Positions 28,421 to 39,232 of a DNA stretch of 64,000 bases are shown in pieces. The position numbers and the translations under genes were made by a program. This DNA is from an uncultured Verrucomicrobiae bacterium (GTDB taxonomy: Bacteria; Verrucomicrobiota; Verrucomicrobiia; Limisphaerales; UBA11358). The notes under the pieces were generated by a model. The model made no database searches. It was given only the letters and a program-made list of their open reading frames with translations, and was not told the origin of the DNA. Every line of letters begins with the position of its first letter. The stretch's first letter is position 1. The stretch covers positions 7,184 to 71,183 of the forward strand of contig CAVXRE010000004.1 of the NCBI GenBank assembly GCA_963764175.1, read 5' to 3'.

Positions 28421-29740
28421 ATGAGACGTCGTTTGATTTACGGGTTGGTCATCACGCTGCTGGCGGTGAATTTCATCGTCGGCGCATGGATTTATCTGGG
28501 GTCCGCGCGTGCGGCCGAGAAGAACGATGCCATCGACCCGAATCTGGACTTGTTTTCGGAGGTGCTGGAACGGGTGCGCTCGGAATATGTGGACGGCCAG
28601 AACCTGACGTATCGCGAACTGACTTACGCGGCGTTGAAAGGCATGGTCAACGTGCTAGACCCGCACAGCGAGTTTCTGGATCCCGCCGCCTATCACGATT
28701 TGCAGGATGACACGGAGGGTCAGTTTGGCGGACTCGGCCTCATTGTCACGGTGCGGAGCAATTATGTGACTGTCGTCACGCCGATGGAAGACACGCCGGG
28801 GTTCCGCGCGGGCATTCTGGCCGGCGACCGCATCATCAAAATCAACGGCGAGGACGCGATAAAAATGCCGTTGGAGGACGCGGTGAAGAAGCTGCGCGGC
28901 AATCCGGACACACAGGTGACCATCACCATTCAACGGCCGTCGTCCGGCCTGGTGAAAAATTTCACTCTCACCCGCGCCGTCGTCCAGTTGAAAATGGTCG
29001 AGGACATCAACGGCGGGCAGGAATTTCCGCTCAACGATGACAAAATCGGTTACGTCTGCATCACGCAATTCGGGGACAATACCGGCGATGAACTCGGAGC
29101 CGCCTTGCGAAGGCTCCAGTCCCAGGGCATGAAGGCGCTGATTCTTGATTTGCGCTGGAATCCGGGCGGGTTGCTCGACGAGGCGGTGAACGTTTGCCAG
29201 AAATTTCTTCCGCGCGGCCAGTTGATTGTTTCCACCGAAGGCCGCGACCCCGCGCAAAATTCCATCCGGCGCGCAGGGGGGAGCGGCGATGAATTACACG
29301 GCATGCCGATCGTTGTGCTCGTCAATTTGAGCAGCGCCAGCGCGTCCGAAATCGTCACCGGCTGTTTGCAGGATCTGCACCGGGCCGTCATTCTCGGCGA
29401 AAAGACGTTCGGCAAAGGCTCGGTGCAAAGCATCTTTCCCTTCGACGACGGCTCGGCGCTCAAGCTTACGACGGCAAAATATTACACCCCCAGCCACCGG
29501 GTCATCCATGAACACGGCATCACGCCGGACATCATCGTGCCGATGAGCGACGACGAGGAAGCCCATTTGCAGTACAAGCGCACGCCTGGCGGATTGCAAT
29601 CGCTTGATGAAACCAACCGCGAGCAGCTTTCGGAAATCCCGGATCCGCAACTGGACCGCGCCGAGGATTTGCTCCGGGGCATCCTGCTTTACAACTCGTT
29701 CAACGGGGCTCAAACGCCGGAAGAAACAGCGGCCAAATGA
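28421..29740 (+). CDS. S41 family C-terminal processing peptidase (CtpA/Prc-like)
   Basis: LDPHS, PDZ domain, LDLRWNPGGLL, SASASEI, FGKGSVQ. Confidence 0.93.
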   Translation: MRRRLIYGLVITLLAVNFIVGAWIYLGSARAAEKNDAIDPNLDLFSEVLERVRSEYVDGQNLTYRELTYAALKGMVNVLDPHSEFLDPAAYHDLQDDTEGQFGGLGLIVTVRSNYVTVVTPMEDTPGFRAGILAGDRIIKINGEDAIKMPLEDAVKKLRGNPDTQVTITIQRPSSGLVKNFTLTRAVVQLKMVEDINGGQEFPLNDDKIGYVCITQFGDNTGDELGAALRRLQSQGMKALILDLRWNPGGLLDEAVNVCQKFLPRGQLIVSTEGRDPAQNSIRRAGGSGDELHGMPIVVLVNLSSASASEIVTGCLQDLHRAVILGEKTFGKGSVQSIFPFDDGSALKLTTAKYYTPSHRVIHEHGITPDIIVPMSDDEEAHLQYKRTPGGLQSLDETNREQLSEIPDPQLDRAEDLLRGILLYNSFNGAQTPEETAAK

Positions 29741-29744
29741 TTTG

Positions 29745-29807
29745 TTGGAGTCCAAGCTTTGGCTTGCCGCGGGACAACGCCGGATGTTGGAATGCTGGCA
29801 ACTCCAG
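29745..29807. repeat. Degenerate REP-like element
   Basis: ttggagtc followed by hairpin caagc-tttg-gcttg, with a distal actcca; same GGAGTC foot as the 11992 family. Confidence 0.5.
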
Positions 29808-29812
29808 TTCTT

Positions 29813-30838
29813 ATGACGCTGCTCGCCCTTGAAACTTCCTGCGATGAAACCAGCGCCGCCGCCGTGCGCGACGGCAGGGTTTTGTCCAGCGTCGTTTCCT
29901 CGCAGGTCAAGCTGCACGCCGAGTACGGCGGCGTTGTGCCCGAACTCGCCGCGCGCGAACATTTACGGAACCTGATTCCCGTCGCGCGAACCGCGCTGCG
30001 CGAGGCCGGCGTACAGACCGGACAACTCGACGCCGTTGCCGCCACGCAAGGGCCGGGTTTGCCGACCGCTCTGCTCGTCGGATTCAAGGCCGCGCAGGCC
30101 GTCGCCTTTGCCCTGTGTAAACCATTTCTCGGGATTCATCATCACGAGGCGCATTTGTATTCACCGTGGATTCGCGGTGAACCGCCAGTCGCGGACTTCT
30201 CGGATTTTCAGCCCAACATTTCGCTCATCGTCAGCGGCGGGCACACGCTGCTCGTCCAGGTCGAATCGGAACTGAACCATCGCGTGCTCGGCTCAACGGT
30301 GGATGACGCCGCGGGCGAATGTTTTGACAAAACCGGCAAGCTGATGGGCCTCGCGTATCCCGCTGGACCGGAAATTGACCGGCTGGCGGAGCAGGGGAAT
30401 TCCAAGGCGTTCGATTTTCCGCGCCCGCTGCTGCACGACGCCGGCGACGATTTCAGCTTCAGCGGCTTGAAAACCTCGGTGCGCTATTTCCTGCGCGACA
30501 ACCCGAAGCTGCTGGATGACGCGCAAAGCGTGCGCGATTTGTGCGCCAGCATTCAGGCGGCGATTGTCGAGGTGCTTGTCACCAAGACCATTCGCGCCGC
30601 GAAACGCAACGGCGTGCGTTGCGTCACCGCGTCCGGTGGCGTGACGTGCAACCGAGCTTTGCGCCATGACCTGGAAACCTCATGCAAACGTGAAGGTTTT
30701 ACGCTGCATCTTGCGGAAAAATCCCTTTGCACTGACAACGCGGCGATGATCGGCATTCTGGCGGAGCGAAAATTGTTTCACAAAATGCCGGCGACTGGCT
30801 TGGATTCCGAAATTCAACCGGGCTGGGTGCTTTCTTGA
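29813..30838 (+). CDS. tsaD: tRNA N6-adenosine threonylcarbamoyltransferase
   Basis: LETSCDETS, GGVVPELAAR, HHHEAH, VSGGHT, DDAAGE, FSFSGLKT, TDNAAMI. Confidence 0.96.
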   Translation: MTLLALETSCDETSAAAVRDGRVLSSVVSSQVKLHAEYGGVVPELAAREHLRNLIPVARTALREAGVQTGQLDAVAATQGPGLPTALLVGFKAAQAVAFALCKPFLGIHHHEAHLYSPWIRGEPPVADFSDFQPNISLIVSGGHTLLVQVESELNHRVLGSTVDDAAGECFDKTGKLMGLAYPAGPEIDRLAEQGNSKAFDFPRPLLHDAGDDFSFSGLKTSVRYFLRDNPKLLDDAQSVRDLCASIQAAIVEVLVTKTIRAAKRNGVRCVTASGGVTCNRALRHDLETSCKREGFTLHLAEKSLCTDNAAMIGILAERKLFHKMPATGLDSEIQPGWVLS

Positions 30839-30848
30839 TCGGAATTCC

Positions 30849-33542
30849 ATGTCCGACCGTCTGCCCATCTACGAAATTGAGCACGACATTGTCGCCGCGC
30901 TCAAGGCGACGAAGCGGCTCATCCTTCAGGCACCGACCGGTTCCGGAAAATCCACGCAAGTTCCGCAAATGCTGTTCAAGCATGGTCTGCTTGGCAACGG
31001 ACAGGTGGTCATCCTCCAGCCACGCCGTCTGGCTGCGCGTTTGCTCGCCTCGCGCGTCGCAAAGGAACTGGGCGTGGAGCTTGGCCGCGAGGTCGGTTAT
31101 CAAGTCCGGTTTGAAAACTTCACGAGCGAATCCACGCGAATCAAGTTCGAGACCGAGGGAATTTTGCTGAGGCAACTGATTCAAGACCCGGCCTTGCGCG
31201 GCATCCAGGCGGTCATCTTTGACGAGTTCCACGAACGCCATCTTTACGGCGACATCACGCTCGCCCGCGCACTCGACATTCAGGAAACGCTCCGCCCCGA
31301 CCTGCTCATCGCCGTCATGTCCGCCACGCTCGATGCCGGCTTGCTGGAGGAATATCTAAATCAGGCAGGGCGGGCTGTCCCAAGCCCGCCACGGCGTGAT
31401 GAGGAGATCCATTGCTCCGTTCTTTCTTCCGAAGGCCGGGTGTTCCCCGTCGAATTTGGATATCTCCCACACCGGCTTGGCCCGAATTCACCGCCGGTCT
31501 GGGAACTGGCAGCGCAAGCTTTCGCCGGCCATGTCAGCTCAGGCGAATCCGGCGATGTGCTGGTGTTCATGCCGGGTGGGTTTGAAATCAATCAAACTCT
31601 CGAAGCGATTCGCCATGCGCCGGAATCGAAGGGTTACATCCTCCTGCCGTTGCATGGCGAATTGCAGCCGCGCGACCAGGACGCTGCCGTGGCGCGCTAC
31701 GACCAGCCCAAGGTCGTTGTGGCCACCAACGTCGCGGAAACTTCCATCACGATTGACGGCGTGCGGCTGGTGATTGACAGCGGGCTGGCGCGCATTCCGC
31801 GTTACGATGCCAACCGCGGCATCAACACACTGCTGATCGAACGCATCAGCCAGGCAAGCGCGGACCAACGCGCCGGTCGCGCCGGCCGGACCGCGCCGGG
31901 CCGTTGCCTCCGGCTTTGGTCACGGCAGGAACACGACGAACGCGCCCCGCAGCAGTTGCCGGAAATCAAACGCCTCGATCTCGCCGAGGTTGTCCTGACG
32001 CTTAAAGCCGCCGGAGTCGAGGATTTAAGAAAATTCCGCTGGCTGGAGAAGCCGGATGAAATTTCACTCACGCATGCCGAGGAATTGTTGCTGGATTTGG
32101 GTGCGCTGAAAATGGGGAGCGCGACCGTCCCGGTCGCCACTGGTCGGCGTCCCGCCGAACAGCAATTGTGGCATGCCGAAAGTGTTCAGCGGGACGCTGA
32201 ACACGGCGGGCGGGACGTCCGCGCTCCCCAGCTACAAATCACTCCAATCGGGCGCAAGATGCTCGCATTTCCGGTGCATCCGCGCTACTCGCGAATGCTG
32301 CTGGCGGCTCAGGAACATGGTTGCGTCCACCAAGCCTGCCTCGTCGCCGCGCTCACGCAAGGACGCGATTTGTTGTTGCGAAACGTGGGACGGGAGGTTG
32401 AGTCTGCGCGCGAGGATTTATTTGGTGAAAAGGCATCATCGGATTTTTGGATTTTGATGCGGGCGTGGAATTACGCCCTGAAAAACCAGTTTCGCCTCGA
32501 CGCCTGCCGCAAGCTCGGCATCCACGCCATCACCGCGCGGCAGGTCGGCCCGCTGCTCGAACAATTCCTCCGCATCGCCAAGGACGAGGGGCTTGATACC
32601 AGACCGCGCGAGATCAAGGACGAGGCATTGCAAAAGTGCATTCTCATCGGGTTCAGCGACCGCGTGGCGCGGCGGCTGGACCAGGGAACGCTTCGTTGCG
32701 AACTGGTTCATAATCGCCGTGGTGTGCTGGCGCGGGAAAGCACCGTTCAACACAGCCCGCTTTTTGTCGTCGCCGAAATCCGCGAAATCGAGGGCCGGGA
32801 AGTGAACACGATTCTTTCACTGGCGACGGCCATTGAAACGGACTGGCTGCGTGAAATTTTCCCTGACGACTTGAAATCCGAGTTGCATGTCCAGTTCGAT
32901 GCCACGGCCAAACGCGTGCAAGCCGCCGAACTGGTGCGGTTTCGCGGACTGGCGTTGTCCGCCAAACGCATCGAACCGCCACCTGCTGATGCCGCGGCAA
33001 GGTTGCTCGCTGATGAAATCATTGCCGGCCATTTGCCGTTGTCAAATTGGGACCACGCCGTTGAACAATGGCTGGTGCGGCTGCGGCTCCTTTGTCAGCA
33101 TTGCCCTGAACTCCAGCTTCCGCCATTTGCCGAGGACGACCGCAAACATATCATCGAACAGCTTTGCCATGGCGCGGTGAGCTACAAGGACATCAAGGAG
33201 CGCGATGTGAAACCACTGGTGATGTCGTGGCTGTCCGCAGCGCAGCGGGAGCTGCTGGACAAGCATGCGCCGGAACGGCTGTCGCTGCCGAATGGGCGGA
33301 CGCCAAAAGTTGTTTATGAGGTCAACCAGTCGCCGCACATCGCGTTGCGGATTCAGGAGCTTTACGGCGTGACACAGACGCCGAAGATCGCGATGGGCCG
33401 CGTGCCGGTGGTCGTTCATATTTTAACACCGGGCATGAAGCCAATTCAAATCACCCAGGACCTCGCTAGTTTCTGGAGCGAGCACTATCCGCGCATCAAA
33501 TCCGAGTTGCAGCGGAAATATCCGAAACACGAATGGCGGTGA
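30849..33542 (+). CDS. hrpB: ATP-dependent helicase HrpB
   Basis: APTGSGKST, DEFHER, MSAT, ATNVAETSITI, QRAGRAGR, C-terminal RKYPKHEW. Confidence 0.95.
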   Translation: MSDRLPIYEIEHDIVAALKATKRLILQAPTGSGKSTQVPQMLFKHGLLGNGQVVILQPRRLAARLLASRVAKELGVELGREVGYQVRFENFTSESTRIKFETEGILLRQLIQDPALRGIQAVIFDEFHERHLYGDITLARALDIQETLRPDLLIAVMSATLDAGLLEEYLNQAGRAVPSPPRRDEEIHCSVLSSEGRVFPVEFGYLPHRLGPNSPPVWELAAQAFAGHVSSGESGDVLVFMPGGFEINQTLEAIRHAPESKGYILLPLHGELQPRDQDAAVARYDQPKVVVATNVAETSITIDGVRLVIDSGLARIPRYDANRGINTLLIERISQASADQRAGRAGRTAPGRCLRLWSRQEHDERAPQQLPEIKRLDLAEVVLTLKAAGVEDLRKFRWLEKPDEISLTHAEELLLDLGALKMGSATVPVATGRRPAEQQLWHAESVQRDAEHGGRDVRAPQLQITPIGRKMLAFPVHPRYSRMLLAAQEHGCVHQACLVAALTQGRDLLLRNVGREVESAREDLFGEKASSDFWILMRAWNYALKNQFRLDACRKLGIHAITARQVGPLLEQFLRIAKDEGLDTRPREIKDEALQKCILIGFSDRVARRLDQGTLRCELVHNRRGVLARESTVQHSPLFVVAEIREIEGREVNTILSLATAIETDWLREIFPDDLKSELHVQFDATAKRVQAAELVRFRGLALSAKRIEPPPADAAARLLADEIIAGHLPLSNWDHAVEQWLVRLRLLCQHCPELQLPPFAEDDRKHIIEQLCHGAVSYKDIKERDVKPLVMSWLSAAQRELLDKHAPERLSLPNGRTPKVVYEVNQSPHIALRIQELYGVTQTPKIAMGRVPVVVHILTPGMKPIQITQDLASFWSEHYPRIKSELQRKYPKHEWR
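31365..31390. repeat. Single REP-like hairpin inside hrpB
   Basis: gcag followed by ggcgggct-gtccca-agcccgcc; encodes AGRAVPSP. Confidence 0.55.
32113..32230. repeat. Composite palindromic element inside hrpB
   Basis: 10-bp perfect terminal IR tggggagcgc/gcgctcccca and four internal hairpins; about 39 extra residues between LGAL and ITPIGR. Confidence 0.88.
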
Positions 33543-33606
33543 TGCCTGCAGGAACATCTCGCAACGCGGGATAGCACCAGACCCCTCGCCGCCAAACTCG
33601 TCAAAC

Positions 33607-33635
33607 TTGCAACCTTTGAGTTCACGCATTACCTT
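33607..33635 (+). promoter_or_regulatory. Putative sigma70 promoter of trxB
   Basis: TTGCAA-17 nt-TACCTT, ending 9 nt before the ATG. Confidence 0.6.
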
Positions 33636-33644
33636 TCGCGGCTT

Positions 33645-34574
33645 ATGGAAAAAGTGGTCATCATCGGTTCGGGATGCGCGGGCTGGACAGCCGCGCTTTA
33701 CACCGCGCGCGCCAATCTCACGCCGCTCGTGCTCACCGGCAAACAGCCCGGCGGCCTTCTCACCACCACCAGCATCGTCGAGAATTATCCCGGCTTCCCC
33801 GAAGGCGTGGACGGCTACGAATTGATGACGCGGATGCAGAAACAGGCCGAACGTTTCGGCGCGCGCTCCAGTTTTGGCGTCGTCGAGAAGGTGGATTTTT
33901 CAAAACGGCCCTTCGCTCTTACCGTCGACGGCGAGCGCGTCGAGGTTCAAACCGTCATCATCGCCACCGGCGCAAGCCACCGGCATCTCGGTGTGACCGG
34001 CGAGGATTTGCTGGAAACCAAGGGCGTGACTTATTGCGCGACGTGCGACGGCGCGCTGTCGGTTTTCCGCAATCAAACGCTCGTGGTGGTCGGCGGCGGC
34101 GATTCCGCGTGCGAAGAGGCGCTTTACCTGACGCGCTTTGGCTCGGCCATTCATCTGGTTCATCGCCGCGACCAGTTGCGCGCGTCAAAAATCATGGCCG
34201 AACGCACGCTGTCGAGTCCCAAAATCAAACCCGTCTGGAATTCGGTCGTGACGGAGGTTCTCGACGCGAAACAGGACAAGGTCACCGGCGTGAAATTGAA
34301 GAACATCAAAACCGGTGCGGAGACAGTTTTGGATTGTGCGGGCGTTTTCGTCGCCATCGGGCACGCGCCCAGCACGGACATTTTCAAAGGCCAGATCGAA
34401 ATGGACGCCAACGGGTACATCATTCCCAAAAAGGGCACGATGACGAATCTGCCGGGTGTCTTTGTGGCGGGCGACTGCGCGGACCATGTCTATCGCCAGG
34501 CCATCACGGCGGCCGGCGCGGGCTGCGCGGCGGCGATTGACGCGGAACGATTTCTGGCGGAGCAGAACCAGTAA
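33645..34574 (+). CDS. trxB: Thioredoxin-disulfide reductase
   Basis: IIGSG.AG.TAA, ENYPGF, CATCDG, VGGGDSA.EEA, HRRD, YRQAITAAG. Confidence 0.96.
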   Translation: MEKVVIIGSGCAGWTAALYTARANLTPLVLTGKQPGGLLTTTSIVENYPGFPEGVDGYELMTRMQKQAERFGARSSFGVVEKVDFSKRPFALTVDGERVEVQTVIIATGASHRHLGVTGEDLLETKGVTYCATCDGALSVFRNQTLVVVGGGDSACEEALYLTRFGSAIHLVHRRDQLRASKIMAERTLSSPKIKPVWNSVVTEVLDAKQDKVTGVKLKNIKTGAETVLDCAGVFVAIGHAPSTDIFKGQIEMDANGYIIPKKGTMTNLPGVFVAGDCADHVYRQAITAAGAGCAAAIDAERFLAEQNQ

Positions 34575-34598
34575 TTCTCGGCGCGCCTGTCGCCCGGT

Positions 34599-35582
34599 TC
34601 ACTTGGCGTATGCCTTGAGGATGTCGTCCATCTGCCTGTTTATCTCGGCGTCCACGCGCCGGCGCTTTTTGTCGGCGTCAAACCATGCAGCGGTGCGCCG
34701 GATGCCTTCGCGAAAGGGGATGACCGCTTGAAAACCGGGCACGAAAGTTTTGATTTTGGTGTTGTCAAAAACGACGCTCCAGGATTTGTCACCCAGCAAA
34801 CTGCCGCCGAGTTGCGGCGCCATCTGCGCGATGAAATCCGACGGGATATGCACGATGTTCGCCTCCACGCCCAGCGCCCCGGCGATGGTTTCGTAAATCT
34901 GGTTCCACGTCAGCACCTCATCCGAGGTGATGTGAAACGCGTGGCCGATGGCCTGCCGGTTCCCGAGCAATCCCAAAAATCCACGTCCAAAATCCTCCGC
35001 GTGCGTCATCACCCACAACGACGAGCCGTCTCCGTGAACAATGATGGGTTTGCCCCGTTTTAAACGGTCGGCGAGCGTGTAGCAGCCGAACCCGCCGACG
35101 GCGACAGGGAAATAATGATTGTAGGTGTAGGAAGGACGAACAATGGTCACTGGAAAATTTTCATCGCGCCAGGCGCGCAGCAGACGTTCCTCGCAGGCGA
35201 TTTTGTTGTGGGCATAATCCGAGAGCGGATTGTGCAGCGGCGTTGATTCCGTGATCAGATAATGGGTGGGCGGCTTTTGATAAACGGAGGCCGAGCTGAT
35301 GAAAATGAACTGCCGGGTCCGGTCCTTGAAAAGCGCGAGATCACGTTCGATGTGTTCCGGCGTGAAAGCGATCCAATCCACGACCACGTCAAACTGCAAA
35401 TCCCCCAAGGCAGCGCGGGCCGCCTTCGGCTGGTTGATGTCGGCCGTCAGGCTGTGGCTGCCGGGCGGATTTTTCGATTGCAGCCCGCGATTCAGCAGAT
35501 ACAGCTCGAATCCTTTTGCCACGACCTGCTGGCTGACCGCCGTGCTGATTTTCCCCGTCCCGCCGATAAAGAGAATTTTCAT
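34599..35582 (-). CDS. NAD-dependent epimerase/dehydratase (extended SDR)
   Basis: MKILFIGGTG, ISSASVY, YAHNK. Confidence 0.85.
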   Translation of the reverse strand: MKILFIGGTGKISTAVSQQVVAKGFELYLLNRGLQSKNPPGSHSLTADINQPKAARAALGDLQFDVVVDWIAFTPEHIERDLALFKDRTRQFIFISSASVYQKPPTHYLITESTPLHNPLSDYAHNKIACEERLLRAWRDENFPVTIVRPSYTYNHYFPVAVGGFGCYTLADRLKRGKPIIVHGDGSSLWVMTHAEDFGRGFLGLLGNRQAIGHAFHITSDEVLTWNQIYETIAGALGVEANIVHIPSDFIAQMAPQLGGSLLGDKSWSVVFDNTKIKTFVPGFQAVIPFREGIRRTAAWFDADKKRRRVDAEINRQMDDILKAYAK

Positions 35583-35685
35583 GAACAAATAATTCTACGC
35601 GGACAAGGAGCTTTGATTCAAGAAATCACTGTGAGCAGAATACATTTCTATTGCCGAACCAGGGCAAAATGCGTCCACTGTTTGC

Positions 35686-36168
35686 ATGAGAGCGTTTCTT
35701 TCGGTTCTTGTTGTCCTGACATTCGCAATCAAATTGCCCGCTGCCGGCACCAACGCTCCCACGCCGCCGAAAACCAGCGCTTCAGCACCGGTTAAAATCG
35801 GCACGGGGGAGGCGGACAAATATTACGACCAGGAAATGGTTGTGACGGGCAGGGTCGCGCAGGTCACCATCCGTCCCAACGTGACATTCCTGAACCTTGA
35901 CAAAGCTTATCCCAATTCCCCGTTCACCGTGGTCATCTTTCACGGTCACAGCAGTTTTTATGGCGATGCAAATGCGCTGAAGGGAAAATCCATCGAGATA
36001 CGCGGCAAGATCAAGAATTACCACGACAAGCCGGAGATTGCGCTGGACAGAATGAACCAACTGACCGTGCTGGGTTTAACAACCTCAACCAACGCCCCGG
36101 CAATTCTCCAACCAACCAATGCCCCGGCGCCAACCGTACAAGCCACCAATCTTCCCGATGTCATGTGA
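35686..36168 (+). CDS. Exported OB-fold protein
   Basis: Signal peptide; VTGRV, FLNLDKAYPNSPFTVVIF, GKSIEIRGKI, KPEI; TNAP-rich tails. Confidence 0.7.
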   Translation: MRAFLSVLVVLTFAIKLPAAGTNAPTPPKTSASAPVKIGTGEADKYYDQEMVVTGRVAQVTIRPNVTFLNLDKAYPNSPFTVVIFHGHSSFYGDANALKGKSIEIRGKIKNYHDKPEIALDRMNQLTVLGLTTSTNAPAILQPTNAPAPTVQATNLPDVM

Positions 36169-36325
36169 TTGGCGGGTTTTTGCCAGAGACATCACGCCGG
36201 GTCGCCTTGCCGAGGCGGCTTAACTTTCGTCAGTTGTTATCATGCTCTGCCGATTGCAAAAAATGTTCTGGGTTTGGCAATTTCGTTCCTGAATTCGTCA
36301 TTGACGCTGAGGCGGTTGCCGGTAA

Positions 36326-37426
<1,101 letters not shown>

Positions 37427-37446
37427 ACCGCTGAGCAGAATTCAAG

Positions 37447-37474
37447 GGCGACCCGGCAACGGGTCGCCTTTTTT
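37447..37474 (+). terminator. Rho-independent terminator of gap
   Basis: ggcgacccg-gcaa-cgggtcgcc followed by T6. Confidence 0.9.
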
Positions 37475-37539
37475 GTTTCAGCCGCGGTTGGCTTTTTTGA
37501 ATTCTTTTCCAAATCGCGCATTTAGGACAGACTGCGCGT

Positions 37540-38262
37540 GTGAAAATTTCGGTCATCATTCCAGCGTTCAACGAGGAACGGTTGCTCGGCGGGACGCTGG
37601 CGCGGGTGAAAATGGCGATGGAAGTTTTCGGCCAGTGCCGTTGGGAGAGCGAACTCATCGTCTGTGACAACAATTCCACCGATCGAACGGCGGAAATCGC
37701 GCGCGCGGCGGGCGCAACCGTCGTGTTCGAGCCGGTAAATCAAATCGCCCGTGCCCGGAATTCCGGCGCGGCGGCAGCCACCGGCGACTGGCTGATTTTT
37801 GTGGACGCGGATTCGCTGCCGAGCGCGGGGCTATTCGCGGATGTTGCGGAACAAATCCAATCCGGCCGCTGTCTCGCCGGCGGCACAACCGTCCGGATGG
37901 ACGAAAAACATTTGGTGGCGGAATTTTTGACATGGCTCTGGAATTGTTCCAGCCGGATTGGACGCTGGCTTGCCGGTTCATTCATTTTTGTCGAGGCGGC
38001 GGCGTTCCGGAAAATCGGCGGGTTTAGCGACAAGCTGTTCGCCGCGGAGGAATTGGAACTGAGCAAGCGGCTGAAACAGCTCGCGCGGGAAACGGGCAGG
38101 GGAATCGTGATATTACACCGGCATCCGCTTGTGACTTCCGCGCGCAAGATGAGGCTTTACACGATTTGGGACCATTTCAAGCTGCTGGTGCGCGTCGCAT
38201 TCAACCGCCGGGCACTCCAAAGCCGCGAATCCTGCACTATTTGGTATGACGGCCGGCGGTGA
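37540..38262 (+). CDS. Glycosyltransferase family 2
   Basis: ISVIIPAFNEE, DNNSTD, ARNSGA, FVDAD. Confidence 0.9.
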   Translation: MKISVIIPAFNEERLLGGTLARVKMAMEVFGQCRWESELIVCDNNSTDRTAEIARAAGATVVFEPVNQIARARNSGAAAATGDWLIFVDADSLPSAGLFADVAEQIQSGRCLAGGTTVRMDEKHLVAEFLTWLWNCSSRIGRWLAGSFIFVEAAAFRKIGGFSDKLFAAEELELSKRLKQLARETGRGIVILHRHPLVTSARKMRLYTIWDHFKLLVRVAFNRRALQSRESCTIWYDGRR

Positions 38263-38268
38263 GAAGTT

Positions 38269-39216
38269 CTATGGCGCCGCGGCAGCCGCCTTTTGCCCAG
38301 TGGTAAGGTAATCGAGATATTCAATCAGCCGCGGCTTCAATTCCCTGCGCGGCACGATGGCGTCAATCAATCCATGGTCGAGGAGAAATTCCGCCGTCTG
38401 AAAATTCGGCGGCAATTCGGCCTGTGTCGTGTCCTTGATGACGCGCGGGCCGGCGAACCCAATCATTGCGCCCGGCTCGGCCAGAATCAAATCGCCCAGG
38501 GTCGCGAAACTCGCCATCACGCCCGCCGTCGTCGGATGCGTAAGCACGCTGATGTAAGGCAGGCGGTGTTGCGCGTGGTAGGCAAGGGCGGCGGAGGTCT
38601 TGGCCATTTGCATGAGGCTGAACATGCCTTCATACATCCGGGCGCCGCCGCTGGTGGAAATGATGATGACGGGCAGTTCCTTTTCCGTCGCGCGTTCAAT
38701 CATTCGCGTGAGCTTCTCACCAACGACCGAGCCCATCGAGCCGCCGAGAAAATCAAAATCCATCACGCCGAGCGCTGAGCGCTGTGCGCCGATTTTGCAA
38801 ATGCCGGTGATGACCGCGTCCTTGAGCGTCGTGGATTTCTGGTATTCCTCCAGTTTGGCCTTGTAGGTGGCGACCCCGCTGAAGTTGAGCATGTCCACGC
38901 TCGTCATCTCCGCGTCCATTTCCTCAAAGGTGCAAGTCTCGACAAGCGAATGGATGCGTTCGCGTGAACTGATGGGGAAATGATGGTTGCACTTGGGGCA
39001 GACCTTCAAATTCTCGTCCAATTCCTTGTCATAGACCATCGTGGCGCACTTCGGACATTTCGTCCAAAGGCCCTCCGGGATGTCGCGTTTTTTGGATTTG
39101 GAGCCGGTCGGCTTGAGCTTTTTTGGCAACGGCGCCTTGTTGGGCGACGGCGGTGTCAACGCCGGTTCACCTGTTTCTATGCCTAGCGTCTTTTTAGTAA
39201 AAGTAGTCGTGCCCAT
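38269..39216 (-). CDS. accD: Acetyl-CoA carboxylase carboxyltransferase beta subunit
   Basis: Zn finger CPKC..CPKC, GGSMGSVVGEK, SGGARM.EG, GFAGPRVI. Confidence 0.96.
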   Translation of the reverse strand: MGTTTFTKKTLGIETGEPALTPPSPNKAPLPKKLKPTGSKSKKRDIPEGLWTKCPKCATMVYDKELDENLKVCPKCNHHFPISSRERIHSLVETCTFEEMDAEMTSVDMLNFSGVATYKAKLEEYQKSTTLKDAVITGICKIGAQRSALGVMDFDFLGGSMGSVVGEKLTRMIERATEKELPVIIISTSGGARMYEGMFSLMQMAKTSAALAYHAQHRLPYISVLTHPTTAGVMASFATLGDLILAEPGAMIGFAGPRVIKDTTQAELPPNFQTAEFLLDHGLIDAIVPRRELKPRLIEYLDYLTTGQKAAAAAP

Positions 39217-39232
39217 CTACAATCAAATCATA

